A DNA stretch of 64,000 bases from Chloroflexota bacterium. GTDB taxonomy: Bacteria > Chloroflexota > Anaerolineae > UBA2200. The position numbers and the translations under genes are program-made. Of this stretch, positions 9,678 to 18,612 are shown piece after piece; the stretch's first letter is position 1; the number at the start of each line of letters is the position of its first letter. Below the pieces are notes generated by a model. The model saw only the letters and a program-made list of their open reading frames with translations. It made no database searches and was not told the origin of the DNA. The DNA is taken from contig JAUWJD010000011.1 of the NCBI GenBank assembly GCA_030607875.1, positions 16,165 to 80,164 on the forward strand. Reading direction: 5' to 3'.

Positions 9678-9702
9678 AAGACCTCCTTCTGTATCTCCAA
9701 CC

Positions 9703-9885
9703 AAGGAGCCCGTCCGGCGACTTGCCCCGCCTAACCATAGGCGGGACGCTTCGCAGCGGACGGACTGCTATGCTACAATGTGAGTGCTGCGATGTCCGCT
9801 GCACCGTGGCCGTATCCTGGACCGCCTCAACGGTTGCAGGGCTTCTTTCTACGCACTATTGTACAGCCGAAACTATGAGAATCAA
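9703..9885 (-). promoter_or_regulatory. Repeated promoter-leader-terminator module, copy A
   Basis: TTGATT-N16-TACAAT, then CCCTGC-hairpin-GCAGCGG...GTCCGTCCGCTGC, a REP hairpin and GGACGGGCTCCTT. Confidence 0.65.
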
Positions 9886-9935
9886 GAGGCATTCCTCTGG
9901 TATCGGGTGCTGACATTACCATGTAGCAACACTGA

Positions 9936-10517
9936 TCAGCCCACGACCATAATGGTGTGGCCTTGGGCCGCCCAGGCCTTGAAATCTTTCAGAAGCCGGG
10001 GCTCTGGACTTTCCGATATCGCCTGCTCTACATCATCGAGGAACTTGCGCCCAGCTTGCAGCACATGCCCACAAAAAACGTACACATTGAACCACACTTT
10101 CCCATCTTGGTCCTTTGTGGCGTGTTCATGGCGTTTATCAGGATCGTCGGTCCATGTCAGCCGAAATACGCGGTCAGTTATCCCAGGTAGTCCCGGGGTC
10201 AGCCCATGCAACATAGCGCAACGTAGGCTCTTATAAAGGTCAAGGTCAGGATAGCGGCATTCTCGGGCTACTGCATGCAGATACTCGTTTACAAACGCCT
10301 CATATCGTATACGCACGTCGCCCCGCCGGTTTATCCTCTTGGCTTCTGGTCCGTAGTAAAAACCAGCCATCGAATCAATCAATGCCAAGCTATAGACCAA
10401 AGCGGCCACAGGGGCTTTGCCATCCATAATCGCCGAGTACATATTCGGCAAGCAGACGTCGTTCAGATTATCACGAATCGCCTTGACAAGCCATTGTACG
10501 TCTTGGTTGTTCATCAA
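9936..10517 (-). CDS. Hypothetical protein with HEPN-like R-x4-H motif
   Basis: Helical protein with LYKSLRCAMLHG; looks AT-richer than its flanks. Confidence 0.55.
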   Translation of the reverse strand: MMNNQDVQWLVKAIRDNLNDVCLPNMYSAIMDGKAPVAALVYSLALIDSMAGFYYGPEAKRINRRGDVRIRYEAFVNEYLHAVARECRYPDLDLYKSLRCAMLHGLTPGLPGITDRVFRLTWTDDPDKRHEHATKDQDGKVWFNVYVFCGHVLQAGRKFLDDVEQAISESPEPRLLKDFKAWAAQGHTIMVVG

Positions 10518-10603
10518 TGAATCCTTTCCACTGATACGCTCTCAGAGACAGCAAAGAAAAAGCCGGTCCACCGATTTGCAGCGAGCACGCTAGCTACACG
10601 CTC

Positions 10604-12049
10604 TCAGTAGCAATACTGTGACACCAGCTGCCCGTGTGCATCATAGAGATAGCCGCAGTCCCCTTTGTTGTTCCATATTGCACGGCCGCTGCCAAAGCTG
10701 AAACCGCACGTCTCAGGGTGAAACTCGTTGGTGTACACTCGGCATGCTTGCCTTGGGTGCAGAATGAAACCTGGAAAGGTGAAGTCCTGCCCGGGGTCAC
10801 CGGCGTTCAGTCGCCACCGGGCAAGGTTCACTGGGCCAAAACCCTGGTTGAAAACCTCTGCGTACTCGTCGCTCTCGACCCGCGGCACGACGCCGTCATA
10901 GAGGACGTAGCGGATGATCACGTTGGCTTGGCTTGGCCATGTGGGCGTGGCTGTTGCAGTTGGCGTCTGGGTCGGAATGACCGTTATGGTTGGCGTTGCC
11001 GTAGGCATCCCAGGTGGGGGAGGAATCTGGCGGCCACACCCGTAGTCACTTGTAACAAGTATCAGGTCGAAGAGATTGACTACATTATCGCCGTTGAGGT
11101 CAGCGCGTTGGTCGGAGACCGGCCCGTATGGGTTGTAGGCAGACGCCACAATGACCAGGTCGAAGATGTCTACGACGCCGTCACGGTTGGCATCGCCACT
11201 GCAAGCCGTGACGGGCTCATTCTGCAGGGTCACTGTCCAGCCAACACCATCGGTGGTGATCGTGACTGTACCATCGAGGTCAGTGCGGTAGATGCCGGCA
11301 CCGACACCCGCTAGTCTCTGCAACACCTCAGACCTGGGATGGCCGTACTGGTTTGGGCCAACGGAGATGATAGCCTCATGCGGTGTGACCGCGCTGAGGA
11401 ACTCGGCAGATGAACTTGAATTGCTGCCGTGGTGGGCTACCTTGAGAATCTCGGCTTCGAGTGGCAAGCCGCTGCGCAGCATTCGCCCTTCAGCGCCCGT
11501 CTCGGCGTCGCCTGTCAACAGAAAGTCCACGGAGCCGTAGGACACCCGCAACGCTATCGAGTTCTCGTTCTTGGAAACGTACAGCGGATCGGACGGGTTC
11601 AGCACCAGGGCCGTCACTTCACCCCATTGATAGCTTTGGCCCATCCTCACGGTCGCTACGACCACGCCCTTGTGAATCAGCGCCTGATAGAAATCCTGGC
11701 AGGTGCCTGTGGTGCAAGTGAGCGAGTCGAGCCACACCTCGTACACGGGCATGGAAGCCAAAACGTCCAGCAGGCCGCCGATGTGGTCAGCATCACCGTG
11801 GGTGGCTACCATAAGGTCAATGTCAGTGACGCCGTGCTGAGACAGGTAGGCCACCACTGTCGGCCCCGCGTGTGGCTTGCCGCCGTCCACCAGCACATCA
11901 TCGCCGTTGGGCAGGTGGAGCCAGCAGGAATCGCCCTGGCCTACGTCAATGAAGGTAGCCACAAGTGGGGTGTCTGCACGAAGCAAGAAATGAGGGTGCA
12001 GGAAGAAAGCAAGAGCGAGAACCAACAGAACGCCAAGTCTTGCTCGCAC
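10604..12049 (-). CDS. Secreted ComEC/Rec2-type metallo-beta-lactamase-fold hydrolase with dockerin and lamin-tail domains
   Basis: FIDVGQGDS, THGDADHIGG, KVAHHGS; GDANRDGVVDIFDL/DLNGDNVVNLFDL; DEYAEVFNQG...WNNKGD LTD motifs. Confidence 0.85.
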   Translation of the reverse strand: MRARLGVLLVLALAFFLHPHFLLRADTPLVATFIDVGQGDSCWLHLPNGDDVLVDGGKPHAGPTVVAYLSQHGVTDIDLMVATHGDADHIGGLLDVLASMPVYEVWLDSLTCTTGTCQDFYQALIHKGVVVATVRMGQSYQWGEVTALVLNPSDPLYVSKNENSIALRVSYGSVDFLLTGDAETGAEGRMLRSGLPLEAEILKVAHHGSNSSSSAEFLSAVTPHEAIISVGPNQYGHPRSEVLQRLAGVGAGIYRTDLDGTVTITTDGVGWTVTLQNEPVTACSGDANRDGVVDIFDLVIVASAYNPYGPVSDQRADLNGDNVVNLFDLILVTSDYGCGRQIPPPPGMPTATPTITVIPTQTPTATATPTWPSQANVIIRYVLYDGVVPRVESDEYAEVFNQGFGPVNLARWRLNAGDPGQDFTFPGFILHPRQACRVYTNEFHPETCGFSFGSGRAIWNNKGDCGYLYDAHGQLVSQYCY

Positions 12050-12108
12050 AGTACCTCCAAACGCACAATACAGAGGGCTAATGCCCTTCCGCTATTCACC
12101 TGCCAACT

Positions 12109-12314
12109 GAAAAGCCCGTGCACCGACTTTGCCTCGCCGAACCCCGCCGTACAGAGGGCGGGACTTCGCAGATAGCGGGACGCTTCGCAGTGAACGGGCT
12201 GTGATGAGTGCTTCATTGGCCACTGCACCGTGGTCGTAGCCTGGAATTTGCCACAAGTCGCAGGGTTTTCTATTGTCTGAGGCTATTCTACTTCCAGACC
12301 CTCGCCCTTGTCAA
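12109..12314 (-). promoter_or_regulatory. Repeated promoter-leader-terminator module, copy B
   Basis: TTGACA-N18-TAGAAT; CCCTGCGAC...GCAGTGG...AGCCCGTTCACTGC...ACGGGCTTTTC. Confidence 0.7.
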
Positions 12315-12930
12315 GTCTCTCGGGCATCAAGTCCCGGCCGTTTCTGAGGTTCTGGACCGCGAAGGTGTGCCGTTGGCGGTGCGGATCGACCGCGAGCACA
12401 CCAGCACGCCAATGTGTGCGCCGGCCTAGCCCTCGTGGGCAGCGAATAGACGCCGCGTGTGATAGGTTTGGCGCCTGTGACGGGTTGTGACAGGTTTCCC
12501 AGGAATTTTCAGCTGTACTGGCCTATAGGGAGAGTTTCCTGGCAAACTATACATGACTATACATCTATACACACCGGCGGTAGCCGCGCGGTGGCCGCGT
12601 CAGGACCTGATCCAGAAGCGAGAGGCTGTCTCGTGCTATTATGATACACCTGTTGTACACGCAGCTCATGCACGGATCAGTAGCTCATATCCCTGCGCCA
12701 CGGCTGCAGAGACAGGATCTCAGCGTGCGAGTCATTGTGTTTGCCAGCAAGACGGCCAGGGCGACGTTGTGCACACGTGGTCCGCCACATCAGAAGACAG
12801 TCGGTAGGACGACCGGCATATCGCACCGCCTTGTGAACCAGCTTCCGGCCGGCAAGACGACGCATGCGGCGGCCAGGGCTGTTGCAGAGCCCCTCAGGAA
12901 ATCCTAGAGCCCGCCCAAATGCTCAGCATG

Positions 12931-13008
12931 TGTCATTGCGAACGCAGTGAAGCAATCTCCAACCACCGGAAGGAGGAGATTGCTTCGCCCTTCGGACTCG
13001 CAATGACA
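12931..13008. repeat. 78-bp palindromic MITE/REP-like element (TGTCATTGCG...CGCAATGACA)
   Basis: Terminal inverted repeats; inverted copy at 53721-53798 with 73/78 identity by eye. Confidence 0.85.
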
Positions 13009-13038
13009 GACAATGCAACAGCCCTGTGCGGCGGCTAG

Positions 13039-13067
13039 TTGACACAGCTCCGGCACGACGCTAGAAT
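13039..13067 (+). promoter_or_regulatory. Sigma70 promoter, probably for msrPQ
   Basis: TTGACA-N17-TAGAAT. Confidence 0.65.
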
Positions 13068-13349
13068 AGCATCAACTGCTTCGTGCACGGATATCCAAAC
13101 GCATCTCACCGAATCAAGGTAGAAGAAGCGCCATTTGCGCTTGGCAACCTTCGGCGCAGTACTCTGGAAGAGCAACTGTGAATCCGGCTCCTCGCTGGTA
13201 TGACCAGCCTGGCTTTGCGCTGTCCCATGAGCCTGAAGCAGACACGCCGGTCGAGACGATGCTGTACGACGGTCGCGCAGCATATTGTCTAGACTTTCCG
13301 GGTATGATGCAGGACATCTATTGGACCACTGGTTTAGGAAGGAGGGGAC

Positions 13350-14291
13350 GTGCCGAAGATCAGCCCATCTGACATCACGCCTGAGCATGCCTATCTGTCC
13401 CGGCGGAGCTTTATGGCCGGCATGGGCGCTCTGCTTGTCAGCTCGGTGGCACTGAGCGCTTGCGGCGGCCAAGATCCTACACCCGGCCCGGCTCCCGCCA
13501 CCATGCCTCCCTCGCCGAGCGCAAACACCGATGAACTGGGTCAGAGACTGACGTCATATGAGGCGGTTAGCAACTATAACAACTTTTACGAGTTTAGTTT
13601 GAGAAAGGAGGATGTGGCTCGCCTGGCCAGGGATTTCAAGACGTCTCCCTGGACGGTGGAGGTGGCAGGGCTGGTCCACAACCCCAAGACGTTTGGCCTG
13701 GAGGATCTGCTCGCATTTACGCAGGAAGAGCGCGTCTACCGACTTCGCTGCGTCGAAGCCTGGTCGATGGTCATCCCCTGGCTGGGCTTTCCATTGGCAA
13801 GACTGCTCAAAGAGGTCGAGCCCATGACCAAGGCCAGGTACGTGCGCTTTGAGACTCTCTACGATCCGGAGCAGATGCCCGGTCAGAAGAGCCCTTTCTA
13901 CGGTTGGCCCTACGTCGAAGGCTTGCGCCTGGATGAGGCGATGCACGAACTCACTATCCTGGCGACTGGCCTTTACGGCAGCCCGCTGCTGCCGCAGAAC
14001 GGCGCGCCTGTTCGGCTGGTTGTTCCCTGGAAGTATGGTTTCAAGAGCATCAAGTCTATCGTCAGAATAGAATTGGTGGAAGAGATGCCTGTTTCACTGT
14101 GGATGGCCAGTGCACCTCGCGAATATGGCTTCTTCGCCAACGTGAACCCCGAGGTGTCCCACCCTCGCTGGTCCCAGGCGACAGAACGCCTGATCGGCGA
14201 AGGCAAGCGCATCAGAACCACGCTCTTCAATGGCTACGGTGAGCAAGTAGCTCACCTGTACGAGGGAATGGACTTGAGCCAATGGTACTGA
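13350..14291 (+). CDS. msrP: Protein-methionine-sulfoxide reductase catalytic subunit
   Basis: Tat motif SRRSFM, YNNFYEFS, YRLRCVEAWSMVIPW, QNGAPVRLVVPWKYGFKSIKSI, HPRWSQATER. Confidence 0.95.
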   Translation: MPKISPSDITPEHAYLSRRSFMAGMGALLVSSVALSACGGQDPTPGPAPATMPPSPSANTDELGQRLTSYEAVSNYNNFYEFSLRKEDVARLARDFKTSPWTVEVAGLVHNPKTFGLEDLLAFTQEERVYRLRCVEAWSMVIPWLGFPLARLLKEVEPMTKARYVRFETLYDPEQMPGQKSPFYGWPYVEGLRLDEAMHELTILATGLYGSPLLPQNGAPVRLVVPWKYGFKSIKSIVRIELVEEMPVSLWMASAPREYGFFANVNPEVSHPRWSQATERLIGEGKRIRTTLFNGYGEQVAHLYEGMDLSQWY

Positions 14292-14890
14292 TAAGTTGGC
14301 TCAAGAGGAGCTGGCTTCAAGCCCTGGCCCACGCCACGGGGCTGCTACCTCTCGCGTGGCTCATCTGGGACCATTTGCATGGCGCGTTCATCGTAGACCC
14401 GGTCCGGGAAATCACAACCCGCACTGGCAGGACAGCGCTGGTGTTGCTGGTGCTGTCCTTGGCCTGCACACCCATTCACACCCTCTTGGGCCTCAAGTCG
14501 GTGCTCCGTGTTCGTCGGGGTCTGGGACTCTATGCCTTTCTGTACGTCGCGTTGCACTTTCTGACCTTCGCAGGGCTCGACTACCGATTCCAGTGGGACT
14601 TGCTAGGACCCGCCATCTTTGACCAGCTTTACGTTCTGCCCGGTTTCGCGGCTGGCCTGATCCTGCTCGTCCTGGCCATCACCTCTGCCCGAGGATGGCA
14701 AAAGCGACTGGGAAGGAACTGGAAGCGGCTTCACCGTTTGGTGTACCTGGCAGGCATTCTGGCTATTGTACATTTCCTATGGCTGGTCAAAGACACCGGT
14801 GAACCTCTACGTTACGGTGCCATCGTGGCACTGCTGCTGATATTGCGTGTGCCGCGCGTACGAGAAGCGGTCAGCAATGTTCGCCGTTGA
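14282..14890 (+). CDS. msrQ: Heme-binding membrane subunit of MsrPQ
   Basis: RRGLGLYAFLYVALH, WKRLHRLVY, HFLW; overlaps msrP. Confidence 0.93.
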   Translation: MVLISWLKRSWLQALAHATGLLPLAWLIWDHLHGAFIVDPVREITTRTGRTALVLLVLSLACTPIHTLLGLKSVLRVRRGLGLYAFLYVALHFLTFAGLDYRFQWDLLGPAIFDQLYVLPGFAAGLILLVLAITSARGWQKRLGRNWKRLHRLVYLAGILAIVHFLWLVKDTGEPLRYGAIVALLLILRVPRVREAVSNVRR

Positions 14891-15020
14891 GCCCCAGATC
14901 GTGGGAGCGGTGGCCTGAACGGTCGTCCCTTGGGGTGCGCCGTACGCCGGGCGGGTGAAGAGCAACACCACGCAGAGCACAACCAGGACGGTGCAGGCAA
15001 GGAAGGCGAAGCCGTGGCGG

Positions 15021-16331
15021 TCAGGATGGCCTGGCTGACGGGGAATGGCGACTGCGCCCCGCCCAACAGCGGCGGGACGGTTCCCAGCCCCGCCCAACAG
15101 CGGCGGGACCTGCGGCAGGGGATGGCGGCAAGGATGCGATAAACCTGCCCACCAGATCAATGATCGCGCCCTCTTTCTGCCAGGCTTCCTCTCCCCATAC
15201 TCCGTGCAAGGCATTGGCAGTGGTGACAATGACCATGTCGAGTTCATGCAGCAAGACAATGAGGTTCCCACCATGCCCCCAGGCATAGTCAAAGTGATGT
15301 CTGCCTGCCCTGGCAGACCACCACAGGTAGCCATACCCGATGTCGCGGAAATAGCGGCCCAGCCGGTTGTTGTAGAGATTCTCTGAATACCTCTGCAGTG
15401 ATTCCCTCACCCAATGAGCTGGGATGATCTGCTGCCCTTTGTATTCACCGTCATTGAGGTACAGCAGGCCGAACTTGGCCGCATCGCGAGCGTTAAAAGA
15501 GATATCCCCGCTGCCGTAGTAGTAGCCGTTGGCATCGATCGGCCAGTAGCCCACCTGTGCGTTGAGCGGCGAGAAGAGATGCTGCTGAGCATATGACTTG
15601 AGATCTGTGTCGCACGCTCGGGCCACGATGACCGCCAGGAGATGGGCCGTGAGGTTGCTGTAGCCGAACGCAGTTCCTGGATCGCTGGTGAGGGCAAAAT
15701 CGACCATACGGGGCAGCCAATTGTTGTTCGACAGGAGCAGGTCAAGAGTGCCAGGCGTGAACTCCTCCCAGGGATATCCGGAGCGCATCTTCAAGATCTG
15801 CCCGATGGTGATCTCTTCCTTCCGCGCATCGGTGATCTGAGCGGCGAATTCGGGGAAGAAATCGATCATCCTCTGATCCAGGCTGCTCAAAAAGCCCTGC
15901 TGCAGTGCAATCCCCACCAACGCCGAGGTATAGCTTTGGGTCACCGAGGCCAGCGCCACCCGCTGCCCAATTGACCCGCCATTGAAGTACCGTTCCGCGA
16001 TCAGATAGCCGTTCTTGATGACCAGCAGGCCATAGATGGTGTCCAGGTCGGCCGCACGGCGATACAGCGCCGCCACAAGCTGCGGATCCAGTCCGTGCTC
16101 TGCGGGCGTCGACACCTTCCAGTCATCGCCGGGCAACGGTGTGTAGGCAAGCGCTTCTGGCTTCTTTGTCCAAGAGCCGCAAGCAACCAGCAGGGATAGG
16201 ATGGCGATGACACTGGTGATGAAGAGGATAGAATGCGGACGTCGCCCAGGCGAGAACATGAGGCAGGGCACGATATACTCCCGCATGCGTGACCTCAGCG
16301 TGTGGTTGTCTTTGCGCCCAGTCTTCATCAT
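15021..16331 (-). CDS. Serine hydrolase, beta-lactamase (AmpC-like) family lipoprotein; C-terminus reads through a REP
   Basis: ASVTQS (SxxK site with K to Q), YSN motif, WGHGGN; lipobox LLVAC. Confidence 0.85.
   Translation of the reverse strand: MMKTGRKDNHTLRSRMREYIVPCLMFSPGRRPHSILFITSVIAILSLLVACGSWTKKPEALAYTPLPGDDWKVSTPAEHGLDPQLVAALYRRAADLDTIYGLLVIKNGYLIAERYFNGGSIGQRVALASVTQSYTSALVGIALQQGFLSSLDQRMIDFFPEFAAQITDARKEEITIGQILKMRSGYPWEEFTPGTLDLLLSNNNWLPRMVDFALTSDPGTAFGYSNLTAHLLAVIVARACDTDLKSYAQQHLFSPLNAQVGYWPIDANGYYYGSGDISFNARDAAKFGLLYLNDGEYKGQQIIPAHWVRESLQRYSENLYNNRLGRYFRDIGYGYLWWSARAGRHHFDYAWGHGGNLIVLLHELDMVIVTTANALHGVWGEEAWQKEGAIIDLVGRFIASLPPSPAAGPAAVGRGWEPSRRCWAGRSRHSPSARPS
15057..15131. 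repeat. REP-like doublet CCCGCCCAACAGCGGCGGGAC x2
   Basis: Two palindromic units; the same family occurs at 16.4 and 20.3 kb. Confidence 0.85.
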
Positions 16332-16346
16332 GACACGTTATCCTTT

Positions 16347-16575
16347 CATGCGCGGCCCCGCCTCGCCGAACCACTGGCGAGACGCCCCACTCCGCTGTGC
16401 TTCGGGGACTTCCTCCGGTCGCTTCGCCCCGCCCAACAGCAGCGGGACGGTTCCCAGCCCCGCCCAACAGCAGCGGGACCTGCGGCAGCCTCGCCGAACC
16501 GCTGGCGAGACGCTTCGCAGGGGATGGCGGCAACCGGGTGTACCAGCCGGTGGTGTCGAGATGGCAACGTGAAGT
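16347..16575. repeat. Composite REP-like cluster
   Basis: CCCGCCCAACAGCAGCGGGAC x2, CCTCGCCGAACC(A/G)CTGGCGAGAC x2, and a flank shared with 20350-20403. Confidence 0.85.
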
Positions 16576-16704
16576 GCTGGCAATTACCACGGTCGGACTC
16601 TCACCGACTAGCAGACGACAGCTTCAGGACACACCAACCACCTGGTGGGCGGCATTGTTTCTTGTGTAGAAGCTCGTGCCAAGTAACTCTCCAAGCCGCA
16701 CACC

Positions 16705-16794
16705 AGCTAACGGAATAGTAGGCTGCCTGCCGTTTGGACTCCGAAGGCAAAAGACTGGACTGCACTTTTATGTACAGTCATGTTTCCGTTAGAT
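16705..16794 (-). mobile_element. Degenerate integron attC-like site after the GNAT gene
   Basis: Minus strand ATCTAAC (RYYYAAC) ... GTTAGCT (GTTRRRY); CTAACGGAA/TTCCGTTAG are complementary; overlaps the gene 3' end. Confidence 0.55.
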
Positions 16795-17272
16795 CCTTGA
16801 AATAGCGAACCAAAGGTAAGGCAGTATAGCCAGCCTTCTCGTATGATTTTCTGGCAGGGGCGTGAGATGCGTCTCCGCCGGTCTCAACCCTTGCCATTGT
16901 CATCCCACTGTCTTTCATCGTTCTAAGCGCGAAGGTGTTCAATTCTGTGCCTATTCCAAGATTCTGATATTGGGGATGGACGGCGAGCAGTTGAACTTCT
17001 CCAGTCTTATCTTTGAGGTTTAATTCATAAGCCAGAAAGCCAACAACTATGCCATCTAATTCTGCAACCCAGACAATGGTTTTCTCACCATCGCTGCAAA
17101 CCGTTTCGATGGCCTCTCTTTGACTGGTTCTCCAATCCGGCCAAATCAATGTATAGATATTGTGACCCAATACTCGCTCAAATGAACTAAAGACCGGGGC
17201 CCATGCCAATAATGATAATCGAACCAAGTCTCTAACGTCACTATTACAAACAGGTCGAATATGCAGATTCAT
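16778..17272 (-). CDS. GNAT family N-acetyltransferase
   Basis: LLAVHPQYQNLGIG motif A; ARKSYEKAGY; AT-richer DNA. Confidence 0.9.
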   Translation of the reverse strand: MNLHIRPVCNSDVRDLVRLSLLAWAPVFSSFERVLGHNIYTLIWPDWRTSQREAIETVCSDGEKTIVWVAELDGIVVGFLAYELNLKDKTGEVQLLAVHPQYQNLGIGTELNTFALRTMKDSGMTMARVETGGDASHAPARKSYEKAGYTALPLVRYFKDLTET

Positions 17273-17423
17273 AATGATCCTCTTTTCGCAGCAGGGTGCA
17301 TAGGCAAGCGAGTCTTGCAGGGTAGCGATGGGGATGCCCCATCCTCCGCCTCTGCCAAACATGCCAACGGAAGTCAACACGACTGTTCCGCCATTCCTCT
17401 TCATCAAGTGACAAGATTACATT

Positions 17424-17470
17424 CAATAACGTGCGGCGCTTTCGGCGTCCGCTGCCAGCCGTGGCTAGGC
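17424..17470 (-). mobile_element. Partially deleted attC-like site
   Basis: GCCTAGCCACGGCTGGCAGCGGACGCCGAAAGCGCCGCACGTTATTG resembles GCCTAAC..GCAGCGGAC..CGTTAG attC families; shorter than a canonical attC. Confidence 0.4.
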
Positions 17471-17546
17471 CGCTTTTTGGGGGACATATACTCTTACAAC
17501 CTGCTATCAGCCTCTCACTCAACAAAACTCGCTAGCTCGTAGATGG

Positions 17547-18443
17547 TTATTTTACACATCGAAACCCTAGATATGCCAGACTGAGTTGTTTTGCTCTCGG
17601 CCACACCCTTCCATCATAGACAATTATGTAGGCGTGTTCTTCATCTACCTCTGTCGCCGTCCACCAGTAGATCACCTGGGAATGTGCATTCCACAGCGGA
17701 GACTCTTTGTCAGGGGTCGTTTTGTAGGTAGCCTTGGCGATTTCTGCATCCCATAGCCCACCACTGTTCTGGCCGTGGCGAGCCATAGAGCGCACGGCTT
17801 CATCCACCGTCGGCAATCGCCAAATGTGCTGTGGGATAGGGGCGGGGGTCAGGCCATCTTCGCCGAGATATTGGCACACCTGCTGCGCTTCAGACCAGTT
17901 CAGCCCTTTGCGCGGCCATCCTGGTCCATCGGGAGCCCAGATAAGATTCACCCCGTTTCCAGGCACCAATCGGGCCTGGAGAAACCCATCATCAAAACGT
18001 TGGGACACTCGGAGGACGGGTTCTATGCCAAGTATAGTGAGGGTCAGAATGGGAAGTCCAATCGCCAGGGAGACAGCTATCTTGCGTGGTTGCGGACGAC
18101 CAAACCAGTGAAGCACACCCAACCCAACCAGTGGCACGATGAGCAAAAACGTGGCCGTGTTGGTGAATGCTTGAAAGAACCAGGCAGCGAGCAAGGCGAA
18201 GATCACATGTAGGCCACCGCCAACCCGGGGCCTGGAGATTGAAATGAGCGTGACTGCCATAAAGATGAGCATCGGGCTAAGATACTGTACGAACATCAAT
18301 CCCACGTTCGACAGCAAGGACTCGTAATACCAACCTTCGTGAAAGTTCTCAACAATGCCCCAGAATGCCCAAAAGCAGGTGATGACGGTAGAAAAACCCA
18401 CCGCAATCCATCCTACTATCTGGCGCTTGTCGAGGTGTTTCAT
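17547..18443 (-). CDS. Membrane protein with C-terminal DUF1566 (Lcl-like) domain
   Basis: N-terminal TM helices; LNWSEAQQVC...WRLPTVDE...YWWTATE...FRCVK. Confidence 0.8.
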   Translation of the reverse strand: MKHLDKRQIVGWIAVGFSTVITCFWAFWGIVENFHEGWYYESLLSNVGLMFVQYLSPMLIFMAVTLISISRPRVGGGLHVIFALLAAWFFQAFTNTATFLLIVPLVGLGVLHWFGRPQPRKIAVSLAIGLPILTLTILGIEPVLRVSQRFDDGFLQARLVPGNGVNLIWAPDGPGWPRKGLNWSEAQQVCQYLGEDGLTPAPIPQHIWRLPTVDEAVRSMARHGQNSGGLWDAEIAKATYKTTPDKESPLWNAHSQVIYWWTATEVDEEHAYIIVYDGRVWPRAKQLSLAYLGFRCVK

Positions 18444-18460
18444 CGTGCTACTCCTTTGCG

Positions 18461-18584
18461 GCCTAGATGGCCAAGCTCACGTGCGCCCTACGAAGCCAGC
18501 ACCGCGCTCGCTGGGCGAAACACGTGACTATAATCGACGATTCTCGCCACGTTAGGAGGCGTCAGGTGCAGCGCCTTCTTGGAC
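18461..18584 (-). mobile_element. Degenerate attC-like site between add and the DUF1566 gene
   Basis: GTCCAAGAAGGCGCTGCACCTGACGCC ... GGCGCACGTGAGCTTGGCCATCTAGGC; complementary L/R arms, both cores mutated. Confidence 0.6.
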
Positions 18585-18612
18585 CCGCTGTCTCCACACA
18601 AGACCTGTATGG

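Noticed and set aside
9740-9850. Leader module as a known SAH, c-di-GMP-I or c-di-GMP-II riboswitch
   Set aside because: Lacks GAGGAGCG (SAH), GCAAA/GNRA architecture (GEMM-I) and GUGCAACC (c-di-GMP-II); kept as an unassigned motif
5400-12600. Intact prophage or ICE
   Set aside because: No integrase, primase, structural or conjugation genes, and no att direct repeats found
12560-12930. Short ORFs (12553-12807, 12641-12907)
   Set aside because: No RBS, motif or coding-like composition
14890-15050. Signal-peptide-like stretch (FAFLACTVLVVLCVVLLFTRPAYG) on the minus strand
   Set aside because: No start or RBS; at best a gene relic cut by the REP, too weak to call
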